Below are positions 1-8,118 of a stretch of DNA of 32,000 nt, piece by piece. The position numbers and the translations under genes are program-made. This stretch comes from Tepidanaerobacteraceae bacterium (GTDB lineage: Bacteria > Bacillota > Thermosediminibacteria > Thermosediminibacterales > Thermosediminibacteraceae), in the NCBI GenBank assembly GCA_030446005.1, contig JASUSP010000017.1, positions 5,013 to 37,012 on the forward strand, written 5' to 3'. Position 1 is the stretch's first letter; each line of letters starts with the position of its first letter. The notes below the pieces were generated by a model that ran no database searches, had not been told where the DNA came from, and worked only from the letters and a program-made list of their open reading frames with translations.

Positions 1-660
1 ACTTAAGGTAAGAAATATCGATCTTTTCATAAAAACAAGACGTAAACCGAAAAAGGAAGCTTCTCGAAATCATAAGCGCCTTTATGGCAAGAGTATTAGC
101 GAACGGCCTGACAGTATAGAAAAGCGAGAGGAATTCGGCCATTGGGAAATTGATACCGTCCTTGGTAAACGCTCTAGCGACAATGTTCTGCTGACCTTAA
201 CAGAAAGAAAAACTCGCTATCATCTGATATTTCCCTTAGCGAATAAGACCGCCGAGAAAGTGGACAAAGCATTGAAACAGCTAGAAAACCAATTCGGTCC
301 CCTTTTCCCTCTTGTATTTAAAAGCATTACTTCTGACAATGGTACTGAGTTTGCCAATCTTAGTAACCATGGGATTGAAGTCTATTATGCCCATCCCTAC
401 TCAGCCTGGGAACGGGCCACCAATGAGCGGCACAATGGCCTAATCAGGCGGTTAATTCCTAAAGGAACGGTTATTAAAGAATTATCACCTTCGCAAATCG
501 AAAGAGTGCAAAATTGGTGTAATACCTTGCCCAGAAAAATCCTAGGCTATTGCAAACCAGTAGAACTTTTTCTCAAAGAAATAGAACGCCTAACTTATGA
601 ACTTCAGCCTTTATGATAGAGGAATCCAACATCATTCGGGTTTCCAAAAAATGTGTCGCA
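1..660 (+). mobile_element. IS30-family insertion sequence, right-hand part. The left part lies outside the window. The right terminus is not mapped and lies somewhere around 617-700.
   Basis: Contains the 3' two-thirds of an IS30-type DDE transposase gene. Immediately downstream is a deacetylase gene remnant that lacks its 3' end. The terminal inverted repeat cannot be defined without the other IS end. Confidence 0.6.
2..616 (+). CDS. IS30 family transposase, C-terminal ~204 aa (5' end outside window)
   Basis: The frame of the listed ORF 260..616 stays open back to nt 2: LKVRNIDLF...SISERPDSIEKREEFGHWEIDTVLGKRSSDNVLLTLTERKTRY.... IS30 DDE hallmarks are present: GHWEIDTV, SDNGTEF, ERATNERHNGLIRRLIPKG, LPRKILGY. 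Confidence 0.85.
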   Translation, partial: LKVRNIDLFIKTRRKPKKEASRNHKRLYGKSISERPDSIEKREEFGHWEIDTVLGKRSSDNVLLTLTERKTRYHLIFPLANKTAEKVDKALKQLENQFGPLFPLVFKSITSDNGTEFANLSNHGIEVYYAHPYSAWERATNERHNGLIRRLIPKGTVIKELSPSQIERVQNWCNTLPRKILGYCKPVELFLKEIERLTYELQPL

Positions 661-661
661 T

Positions 662-1262
662 TTAATATTGCAATTTAAGTTTCAAATATTTTTTGAATTT
701 ACTACTAGCTAAACTATTGTAATTGTCTCGACATCTCCCTGTATAACATAATATCCTAAACTCTTTTGCTGTTTCAATCAATGTATTGCTGTAATCCCCA
801 AAAAGCAGCCGGAAGACTTTACATTCTTGACCGGTAAGTTCTTTTATTTTCTCATGAGTGGATTTTATCTCCTCGATTATCTGCTGTTTTGAAAGACTAC
901 CCATCCGCGGGGGTTGCCGAATGGTTGCCTATTTCATGGCCTTCTTTTGCTGTTAATTTCGTCATGGCCGGGTATTTGTCCATCCACATCTTTACTAGGA
1001 AAAAAGTGGTTTTTACGTTATATTTCCTCTGGATTTCAAGCAATTTTGGGGTCCTGTCTGAACCCCAGGCCGCATCAAAGGATATAGCAATTTTCTTTTC
1101 ACGGTTTGAACCCTGTAGATAGGCACCAATCTATCCCGCCCAGCAAAAACGTAAATAGCCCTTTTAAAAATTGCCGCATTTGAGGCCAAAATAATAGCGA
1201 CGATGGTCAGTAAACATATAAGGGTCGTAAAGAATTCTTTTAATATTTCACTTTTGAGCCAT
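662..1262 (-). pseudogene. NodB-type polysaccharide deacetylase (PdaB-like) pseudogene with several frameshifts, 3'-truncated next to the IS30 element
   Basis: My minus-strand translation needs at least four frames. They read: MAQK*; SEILKEFFTTLICLLTIVAIILAS..RLVPIYRVQT; EKKIAISFDAAWGSDRTPKLLEIQRKYNVKTTFFLV..EGHEIGNHSATP; and MGSLSKQQIIEEIKSTHEKIKELTGQECKVFR (track ORF 662..904). A further shifted LGYYVIQGDVET segment follows. FDxxWG, GHEIGNHS and the signal-anchor helix are typical of sporulation-type deacetylases. Confidence 0.7.
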
Positions 1263-1369
1263 GCGGTTTTAACGGCAGTTTTCTCAGATACTCGCCAAAG
1301 GAACCCTCTATCACATCAATTCTTTCGAAGCCTTCAGAGATCTTAAAACTAGTTTTTAATTGCAAATAT

Positions 1370-1406
1370 GCCCTGCCAATCATGAGCACGGTTTTTCAGG
1401 CAGGGC
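1370..1406 (-). terminator. Candidate terminator hairpin downstream of the pxp/DUF1445 operon
   Basis: GCCCTGCC (1370-1377) and GGCAGGGC (1399-1406) form an 8-bp GC-rich stem. The loop is large (21 nt) and the trailing U-tract is poor. Confidence 0.3.
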
Positions 1407-1442
1407 TTAATCAAATAAATTTTTAAATTGCTATCGCATCTT

Positions 1443-2225
1443 TTATATTACACCTAATTCTTCATCATGCATGTCTGTTATGAACATGTGTCCCGGCGAA
1501 TGGGTTATCATTATTTCTGGTTTTGATTCTAAAGCAACGGCCTGAGGCGTTACACCACATGCCCAAAATACAGGGATCTCATCTTTTTTGACCTCAACAG
1601 GATCACCAAAATCCGGCTTATCTAAAGAGCGTATTCCTATCACTTCAGGATCTCCTATATGTATCGGAGCTCCGTGAACCGAAGGAAATCTTGATGTAAC
1701 TTGAATTGCTCTAACAACCTTATCTTTCGGAATGGGCCTCATGCTGACGACCATTTTGCCTTTGAATATTCCAGCAGGTTTGGTCTGAATGTTTGTGATG
1801 TACATCGGCACATTTTTCCCTTCCTCTATATGCCTTACAGGGATTCCATTTTTGATTAAAGCCCATTCAAATGTAAAACTGCACCCGAGCAAAAACGCTA
1901 CAAAGTCATCTCGCCAAAAATCTCGGATATCTTTTACTTCCGCATATAATTCCCCTTTTTTGTAAATTCGATATTTTGGTAAATCAGTCCTAAGGTCTGC
2001 ATCAGGGGCCACATTTTTGGGCTCTGGATCTCCCGGATCGGTAACCTCCAAAATCGGACATGGCTTCGGGTTTCTAAAGGCAAACAACATAAAATCATAC
2101 GCTAAATCTTTAGGTAATATTACCAAGTTGGCTTGTGTAAACCCAGGGGCGATTCCGCAAGTAGGCCCTTCCCAATTACCCTTTCTAATCATTTCCCTCG
2201 CCTCTTTTGCATCCACCCTTGCCAC
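1443..2225 (-). CDS. DUF1445 / UPF0317 putative hydro-lyase (YcsI-like, D-glutamate cyclase family)
   Basis: 260 aa. N-terminus ...IRKGNWEGPTCGIAPGFTQANLVILPKDLAYDFMLFAFRNPKPCPILEV is characteristic of the family. It lies 11 nt downstream of pxpC, the same association as ycsI with kipI/kipA in Bacillus subtilis. Confidence 0.85.
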   Translation of the reverse strand: MARVDAKEAREMIRKGNWEGPTCGIAPGFTQANLVILPKDLAYDFMLFAFRNPKPCPILEVTDPGDPEPKNVAPDADLRTDLPKYRIYKKGELYAEVKDIRDFWRDDFVAFLLGCSFTFEWALIKNGIPVRHIEEGKNVPMYITNIQTKPAGIFKGKMVVSMRPIPKDKVVRAIQVTSRFPSVHGAPIHIGDPEVIGIRSLDKPDFGDPVEVKKDEIPVFWACGVTPQAVALESKPEIMITHSPGHMFITDMHDEELGVI

Positions 2226-2236
2226 CCCACTTATTT

Positions 2237-3244
2237 TTAATTAATATTTTCCAAAACGACATCGTAATGTTTCCCATTCACGGTAATGTCAAAATAGTCT
2301 ACAATTTTCAAAGTGGCCTTAATCTGTTCGATACTCTTTTCCAAGTCCCCTAAAACTTTTTGCGCTTCTTCTACACTGATCGCTTTAAATCTGATCCTAT
2401 CGCCAGGCTTAAGTTGAGCAAGTTTCGGCAAATCGCTCCAAATGCAGGTGGCAATTTTCGCATACCCACCCGTTGTCTGAGCATCTTTCAACATTATAAT
2501 CGGACTACCGTTTGCCGGAATTTGGATAGCTCCCGGCACGATACCATCGGTTATAATATCGTGTTTTTTCTTTGCCCGAATTTGGGGCCCTTCCAACCTG
2601 TACCCCATTCTATCAGAGTCCTTCGTTATAGTATAAGTAGAATTTAAAAAAAGTTTTATATTATCCTCATCAAAGTAATAATCTTGAGGACCTAAAATAA
2701 CCCTTATCTCGGCAACGTTCTCATAAGTAGGCACGTATCTTTCATCAACCCTGTAAAATTTGGCCGGTTTCTTTTCCAATTCTCTGAAAAGCAAGTCTTC
2801 CTTTTTCAACGGCCTTCCTTCTAATCCACCTAATTTACCCCTGGTATAGGTAGAAGCGCTCCCCATTATCACCTCCGCTTTAAATCCCCCGCTAACAGCA
2901 AGATACGCCCTACATCCAGAACTTACAGCCCCTATCGATAGCACATCACCTTTCTTCAAGGGGAAAGACGTCCACACCATTCTCCTTTTACCGTTAACTT
3001 CGACAGGAAGCTGCGCACCGGTTACTGCAACAGCCACATCTTCCAAAACTTCCAACGTTGGCCCCAGCACTGTAATCTCTAGCGCGGGCGCGTTTTCCTC
3101 GTTGCCAAGAAGGATATTAGCAACTCTAAAAGCAAACTCATCCATAGCCCCTGAAGTGGGCACTCCCTGACTTTCATAACCGTATCTTCCCAGATCTTGA
3201 ATCGTAGTAAAAAGGCCCGGTTGCAATACCCTGAAAGTAGCCAT
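2237..3244 (-). CDS. pxpC: 5-oxoprolinase (ATP-hydrolysing) subunit C (KipA / allophanate hydrolase subunit 2 family)
   Basis: 335 aa. MATFRVLQPGLFTTIQDLGRYGYESQGVPTSGAMDEFAFRVANILLGN is the typical PxpC N-terminus. Adjacent to pxpB and pxpA. Confidence 0.9.
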   Translation of the reverse strand: MATFRVLQPGLFTTIQDLGRYGYESQGVPTSGAMDEFAFRVANILLGNEENAPALEITVLGPTLEVLEDVAVAVTGAQLPVEVNGKRRMVWTSFPLKKGDVLSIGAVSSGCRAYLAVSGGFKAEVIMGSASTYTRGKLGGLEGRPLKKEDLLFRELEKKPAKFYRVDERYVPTYENVAEIRVILGPQDYYFDEDNIKLFLNSTYTITKDSDRMGYRLEGPQIRAKKKHDIITDGIVPGAIQIPANGSPIIMLKDAQTTGGYAKIATCIWSDLPKLAQLKPGDRIRFKAISVEEAQKVLGDLEKSIEQIKATLKIVDYFDITVNGKHYDVVLENIN

Positions 3245-3269
3245 TTTGATTCTCCTCCATCAAAAATTT

Positions 3270-4007
3270 CTATCGCTTTCCAATATATTCATAAGTCTTA
3301 ATTTGATACATTCCTTTTTCGACTTCTTCTTTTATACTGAAGAACTCATCGGGCCCTATTCTGACGAATTTTATATAATTACCGGCTTCTAACAAAATCG
3401 GATTTTCCCTTTTGGGGTCGTAAAGTTTTACCGGCGTCTTCCCTATTAACCTCCATCCTCCCGGGCTATCCAAAGGATATATGCCGGTCTGGCTACCTGC
3501 TATTCCCACCGAACCTGCCTCAATCTTCTCCCGCGGCGTTTCAAGCCTCGGCGTCGCTATTTTTTCGGACATCCCCCCAAGGTAAGCAAACCCCATGGTA
3601 AAGCCGAGCATGTATATGCGGTAGAGGGGTTCTACGTGAATTCGTATTACTTCTTCGGGAGTTATCTTATGATATTCGGCGACGAAATCCAAATCCGGCC
3701 CGAACTCTCCGCCATAAGTCACGGGAATTTCTATGACTTTAGGTTTAAATGCATATTCTCCTGCCTTTTCATTTGAAGCGGCTTTTACGTATTCTGAGAT
3801 TTTTTCAAAATCTATCTTTAGGGGATTGTACTTAATAAGCAGGGACCTGTACGTGGGAATCATGGAGATTATTCCATCTACCTTGGAATTCTTCATAAAA
3901 TTGCACAGGTTCAATACTTTGGCGTTACATTCTTCCGATATTTCGTCACCATATTCAACGACAATAGCTCTATCGCCAGCAGGTAAAATCTTCGGTTTAT
4001 CGTACAT
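3270..4007 (-). CDS. pxpB: 5-oxoprolinase subunit B (KipI / allophanate hydrolase subunit 1 family)
   Basis: 245 aa. PAGDRAIVVEYGDEIS...YRIYMLGFTMGFAYLGG...IPGGWRLIG-like motifs. Sits between pxpA and pxpC. Confidence 0.9.
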   Translation of the reverse strand: MYDKPKILPAGDRAIVVEYGDEISEECNAKVLNLCNFMKNSKVDGIISMIPTYRSLLIKYNPLKIDFEKISEYVKAASNEKAGEYAFKPKVIEIPVTYGGEFGPDLDFVAEYHKITPEEVIRIHVEPLYRIYMLGFTMGFAYLGGMSEKIATPRLETPREKIEAGSVGIAGSQTGIYPLDSPGGWRLIGKTPVKLYDPKRENPILLEAGNYIKFVRIGPDEFFSIKEEVEKGMYQIKTYEYIGKR

Positions 4008-4021
4008 AATAACTCATCCCC

Positions 4022-4792
4022 TTAAAGAAAACTTGCCATTGGTACAATTTGCACTCCGTTTTCCTCTAAAACAGTTTTTAATTTTCTCGCAAATTCTACC
4101 GCCTTTGGATTGTCTCCGTGCACGCATACGGTGTCTACCTTGACCTGTACCAAAGTGCCGTCTACCGCTTCCACATACCCTTCCTTTATCATTTTTAGCA
4201 CCCTTTTGCAAGCTAGCTCTTCATCGTGAATCATAGCATTTGGGTGCTTTCTCGAAACTAGCGTGCCATCGGGATTTATATTTCTGTCCGCAAAAACCTC
4301 ACACGCAAACCTAAGTCCCACCTCTTTTGCAGCTTTTTCCATAGCAGTTCCCGCCATACCCACGCAAATCAGATTTTCGTCAACCGCTCGTATAGCTTCC
4401 ACAATAGCAAGGGCCACTTTTTCGTCCACTGCCGCCATATTGTAGAGAGCTCCGTGGGCTTTGACGTGCTGCAGATTAAGTCCGTGGGAATCTGCAAAGG
4501 CCTTCATCGCCCCTATTTGATAAATGACGTAAGCTCTTATTTCATCGAAAGATGCATCCAGGTTTCTCCTTCCAAAGCCCAATAGGTCGGGAAAACCCGG
4601 ATGGGCACCAACTGACACATTATTTTCCTTGCAAAAGCGCACAGTTTTATCCATCACCAACGGGTCTCCTGCATGAAAACCGCAGGCTATGTTGGCAGAA
4701 GATATGTGCTTTACTATTTCCTCATCCATCCCTAATTTGTACGCCCCGAAGCTTTCTCCTATATCGCTGTTGAGGTCAATCCTGTAAATCAT
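4022..4792 (-). CDS. pxpA: 5-oxoprolinase subunit A (LamB/YcsF family)
   Basis: [34 protein letters not shown] motifs. The track ORF starts at 4813, but ATG 4792 (MIYRIDLN) is preceded by GGAGGTG at the correct spacing, so 4792 is the preferred start. Confidence 0.9.
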   Translation of the reverse strand: MIYRIDLNSDIGESFGAYKLGMDEEIVKHISSANIACGFHAGDPLVMDKTVRFCKENNVSVGAHPGFPDLLGFGRRNLDASFDEIRAYVIYQIGAMKAFADSHGLNLQHVKAHGALYNMAAVDEKVALAIVEAIRAVDENLICVGMAGTAMEKAAKEVGLRFACEVFADRNINPDGTLVSRKHPNAMIHDEELACKRVLKMIKEGYVEAVDGTLVQVKVDTVCVHGDNPKAVEFARKLKTVLEENGVQIVPMASFL

Positions 4793-4847
4793 AATAACAC
4801 CTCCGTAGAACATTTTTCATAAATAGTTATGCCAATGTTATAAATAC

Positions 4848-4863
4848 AGCAAATTTCATACCA
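4848..4863 (-). promoter_or_regulatory. Candidate sigma-54 (-24/-12) promoter of the pxpA-pxpB-pxpC-DUF1445 operon
   Basis: The minus strand reads TGGTATGAAATTTGCT, with GG and GC separated by exactly 10 nt (consensus TGGCAC-N5-TTGCW). It lies ~55 nt upstream of pxpA ATG 4792. 13 of 16 positions match the motif at 7975-7990. An NtrC-type activator is encoded nearby. Confidence 0.6.
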
Positions 4864-4972
4864 AATCATTTATGCCTGACGGAACTAAATTTTAAAAAAG
4901 TCCGTGTGCGATTTGGCACGTAACAAATTTCACTTTTTAAATCTATAAATTTGAGCTATCATTATAGTTGGC

Positions 4973-4984
4973 AGATGTACATCT
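4973..4984. promoter_or_regulatory. Perfect 12-bp palindrome AGATGTACATCT in the pxpA/symporter divergent intergenic region (candidate operator or UAS)
   Basis: Read directly from the sequence. It lies 25 nt upstream of the symporter start and ~110 nt upstream of the -24 element of the pxpA promoter candidate. Confidence 0.3.
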
Positions 4985-5009
4985 ATTGATTCAGTAACAG
5001 GGTGGAGGT

Positions 5010-6482
5010 GTGAAATTGAACGGTCCCTTTCTATCAATGATGCTTTTCTTTATTTATACGATAATGATGATATATTCTGCAAGAAGCGGTTTTTACGATA
5101 CCTATAATATGGAGGATTTCTTTGTAGCAGGCCGATCTTTAAACGCATTTTATTCCACTGCTACTTTTCTTGCCACGTGGTTCAGCGCCGCTTCGATCTT
5201 AGGACTGGGCGGCTCTATATACATTTATGGAATTTCTTCGATTATTTATAGTATAATACCATGGTTTTGCGGCGCCATCTTTTTGATATTAATCTCCAGG
5301 CGCTTGCGGGAAGAATTTAGTCTTTTCACGTATCCTGAGTTCTTCAGTATCAGATACAAGTCAAAATTAATGCAGCTTTCAACTGCTCTCATAATGATAT
5401 CTTCCTATATATTTTACATAACAATGCAAATTAAGGGTTTTGGCCTTGTCATGAGCATATTGCTCAACATACCTTATACCGCCGCCATTTTTTTGCTTTA
5501 CCTTTACATCCTATACACCACTTTTGGAGGGCTTTACTCCGTGGTAAAAACCGACGCCATCAATGCATTCATCATATTTTTTTCATTTTGTGCATTCGGA
5601 ATATACATAATCATTCAAAATAAAGGTGCTGTCAATTTGATTCAAAAAGCTGCTCTCATTAGCACTTTCCCTGTTTCTGGATGGAATATAAAAACTCCTC
5701 CGGGTGGATTGCTGGATATCTTCTGCAAAGGCCTTCAACCTCCTGCATACCTTTTTACTTCGTTTTTCGGATGGGGCCTTGGACTTGCTGCAAATCCTCA
5801 GTATGTAATAAGGATAATCTCTGCAAAGGATGCAGCAACATCAAGAAAAATGATAATCTACTCAATCCTGTTGCTTTCAGTCATATATACTTTTATAGTA
5901 TTCGGTGCCCTAGGTCTTCGCACCTTAATTCCCACATCTGACCCCGTTGGAAACATAGACGAAATAATACCGACATTGCTGAGCCATGTATCTCCAAACT
6001 ACCTTACCGGCATTATCCTCGTGGGTATTATAGCTTCTTCAATTTCCACTGCAAACTCAGAACTTCTTTTGATAGCTAACAGTTTTACCTACGATATACT
6101 TAAGAATTTCAGGAAAGGCGTAAGCGAAGAAGAACTCATCAATTTAAATCGGATTGTGATTGCACTAGCCGGAACACTATCCTTGATTTTATCCTTCAAT
6201 CCTCCGAAAAACCTAATCGAATTCGGTGGAAATATATGGGGAATATTTTCTTCGTCAACGTTTGTTGCGCTATATGCCGGTATTTTCCTGAAAAGCGCAA
6301 CAAGATCTGCAGCAGAAGCTTCATTTATCTCCGGACTTCTTGCCTACTTCTTATTTTTTATGATTCAGGATTTCACACATTCTCCCATTATAATGTATAT
6401 TCATCCCGGCTTGCCAGGGTTTGCCGCTTCTTTGATAGCTTTTATCATTGCGGAATGGAGGTCTAAGCGTGGGGAGCATTGA
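5010..6482 (+). CDS. Sodium:solute symporter (SSS/SLC5) family transporter
   Basis: 490 aa polytopic membrane protein. The FVAGRSLNAFYSTATFLATWFSAASILGLGG N-terminal motif is typical of SSS proteins. GTG start preceded by GGTGGAGG. Confidence 0.85.
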   Translation: MKLNGPFLSMMLFFIYTIMMIYSARSGFYDTYNMEDFFVAGRSLNAFYSTATFLATWFSAASILGLGGSIYIYGISSIIYSIIPWFCGAIFLILISRRLREEFSLFTYPEFFSIRYKSKLMQLSTALIMISSYIFYITMQIKGFGLVMSILLNIPYTAAIFLLYLYILYTTFGGLYSVVKTDAINAFIIFFSFCAFGIYIIIQNKGAVNLIQKAALISTFPVSGWNIKTPPGGLLDIFCKGLQPPAYLFTSFFGWGLGLAANPQYVIRIISAKDAATSRKMIIYSILLLSVIYTFIVFGALGLRTLIPTSDPVGNIDEIIPTLLSHVSPNYLTGIILVGIIASSISTANSELLLIANSFTYDILKNFRKGVSEEELINLNRIVIALAGTLSLILSFNPPKNLIEFGGNIWGIFSSSTFVALYAGIFLKSATRSAAEASFISGLLAYFLFFMIQDFTHSPIIMYIHPGLPGFAASLIAFIIAEWRSKRGEH

Positions 6483-7911
6483 ACTTAAAATTCTAATTCC
6501 ATTTCTGATTATTATAGTGCTTTCCTTAGCAGTTCTAGGAATTACGTCGTATTACGGGTCGTACACGATAATTAAGGATATATTGTCCAAACTTCCCGAA
6601 AATTACACTCGAACCATAATAAGCGAGGATTATATTACCGCAAGGCTTTTCGACCTTCAAAAGTATACAATTTTGGTAGCAATTATAGCAATATTAGCTT
6701 CATCCCAGCTCACTATATTTTTTGCATATAGTATAGTAATGCCCATAAAAAAGTTAGCTATTGCCTGCGATGAACTTGCCCGTGGCAATTTCGATACTAA
6801 AGTGGATTATAGTCGGAACGATGAAATCGGAATTTTAAAAAATGCCTTTAATTCCATGGCCGAAAAGCTAAAACGTCATATAGAAGATGTAAGCCGGCTA
6901 AAAGAACTAAACCAGAAAATTTTAGACGGCATTAATTATGGGATTATCCTTTTTTCTCAAAACGGCGAAATACTGATTTTCAACAAAACAGCAAAAAAGC
7001 TCTTCGACAAAAATCACCAGTTTTTTTACTGGGCAAAGGATTTTATAAAAAATTACTTGAAAAAAAATAGACTTTCTCAAAAAGATGTAGCAAAGTTGCC
7101 TTCCGAAGATGGCATGTCAAAATATGTTGAATATGAAGTAACTCCCATGGGCGAAAACCTTATCCTCTGCTTTTCCGACGTAACAGAAGAAGTAAAACTC
7201 AAAGAAAAAATAGAGCATATAAACCGCCTTGCGACAATAGGCGAAATGTCGGCTGCCCTAGCTCATGAGATCAGAAACCCCCTTCAAGGGATTAAATCTT
7301 GCTTTCAGGTAATAGAATCAATGTCTTCACTAGCCGAAGATCATACATCGAAACAACTCTTTGCCGCAATTTACAGGGAAATTGAAAGGATAAACTGGAT
7401 CATTACAAGCCTGCTTCATTATGCTCGTCCTTCGGAGCCGATACCCAACAATATATCACTCAAGAAAATTGTCGAGGAAATAAAACCATTTATTCTGCCT
7501 CTTCTAAAGGAAAAAGCTTTGGAATTAAAATGTTCATTCCCGCAAGAAGATGAACTTTATTTAGATCCCAATCATTTAAAACAAATACTCATGAATGTAA
7601 TAACAAATGCAGTAAAGGCAAGCAAAAATAAAGGCAAGATAGAAATATCACTCCGATTAATTGGTGATGAAGCAATTTTGTGCATAAAAGATGAGGGCAT
7701 TGGTATACCAGAAGCTTATATTTCTAAGATCTTTAATCCATTTTTTACCACATTTAATGATGGCACAGGACTGGGACTTTGCGTTGTCCAAAGTCTGACC
7801 ATAAAAAATAAAGGCCGAATATGGATTGAAAGTACCCAAAATCGAGGAACGACAGTGTACCTGGCATTTCCGCGTTCATTTTCGCACCATTCGTGCGAAA
7901 ATGCAAATTAA
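6469..7911 (+). CDS. Sensor histidine kinase (2 TM, HAMP, PAS, HisKA, HATPase_c), NtrB/AtoS-like
   Basis: H-box AHEIRNPL, N-box LMNVITNAVKA, G-boxes DEGIGIP and GTGLGL. GTG 6469 with GGAGG 7 nt upstream is preferred over the track start TTG 6448. Either start overlaps the symporter 3' end. Confidence 0.85.
   Translation: MGSIELKILIPFLIIIVLSLAVLGITSYYGSYTIIKDILSKLPENYTRTIISEDYITARLFDLQKYTILVAIIAILASSQLTIFFAYSIVMPIKKLAIACDELARGNFDTKVDYSRNDEIGILKNAFNSMAEKLKRHIEDVSRLKELNQKILDGINYGIILFSQNGEILIFNKTAKKLFDKNHQFFYWAKDFIKNYLKKNRLSQKDVAKLPSEDGMSKYVEYEVTPMGENLILCFSDVTEEVKLKEKIEHINRLATIGEMSAALAHEIRNPLQGIKSCFQVIESMSSLAEDHTSKQLFAAIYREIERINWIITSLLHYARPSEPIPNNISLKKIVEEIKPFILPLLKEKALELKCSFPQEDELYLDPNHLKQILMNVITNAVKASKNKGKIEISLRLIGDEAILCIKDEGIGIPEAYISKIFNPFFTTFNDGTGLGLCVVQSLTIKNKGRIWIESTQNRGTTVYLAFPRSFSHHSCENAN
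7879..7901. promoter_or_regulatory. Perfect inverted repeat TTTTCGCAC-N5-GTGCGAAAA (candidate enhancer/UAS for the sigma-54 activator)
   Basis: 9-bp perfect arms read directly. Located 74-96 nt upstream of the -24 element at 7975, inside the last codons of the kinase gene. A GTGCGA half-site also occurs at 4906-4911 upstream of the pxpA promoter candidate. Confidence 0.35.
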
Positions 7912-7974
7912 TCTTGTTGAATGCAACTGGCTTCTAATGCCTTTTGAATAAGGTTCGGATTTAATTTTCTTTAT

Positions 7975-7990
7975 TGGAATGAAATATGCA
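7975..7990 (+). promoter_or_regulatory. Candidate sigma-54 (-24/-12) promoter of the Nramp-like transporter gene
   Basis: TGGAATGAAATATGCA, with GG-N10-GC spacing. Near-identical to the pxpA-proximal motif. The -12 element is embedded in the perfect palindrome AATATGCATATT (7983-7994). Confidence 0.6.
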
Positions 7991-8118
7991 TATTCATGAG
8001 AGCGCACAACGCATATTAAATTAAAAGAAAATTTCTGCAGCGGGAGGTGTTATGTGTAAGATATCTCATTATGAACATTTAACTGACAAAAAACTAATAG
8101 TGCAAAAGGAGGTTCTCC

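Noticed and set aside
889-1122. 77-aa plus-strand ORF
   Set aside because: It is antisense to the deacetylase pseudogene, whose minus-strand translation gives clear NodB-type motifs. There is no RBS.
4014-4211. 65-aa Arg/Gly-rich minus-strand ORF overlapping the pxpA 3' end
   Set aside because: It is an alternative frame of the pxpA coding region. It has low-complexity basic composition and no independent translation signals.
4913-4928. TTGGCACG as a plus-strand sigma-54 promoter for the symporter-kinase operon
   Set aside because: The -24 half is perfect, but the dinucleotide 10 nt downstream of GG is AT rather than the near-invariant GC of the -12 element. I kept it only as a note within the intergenic-region finding.
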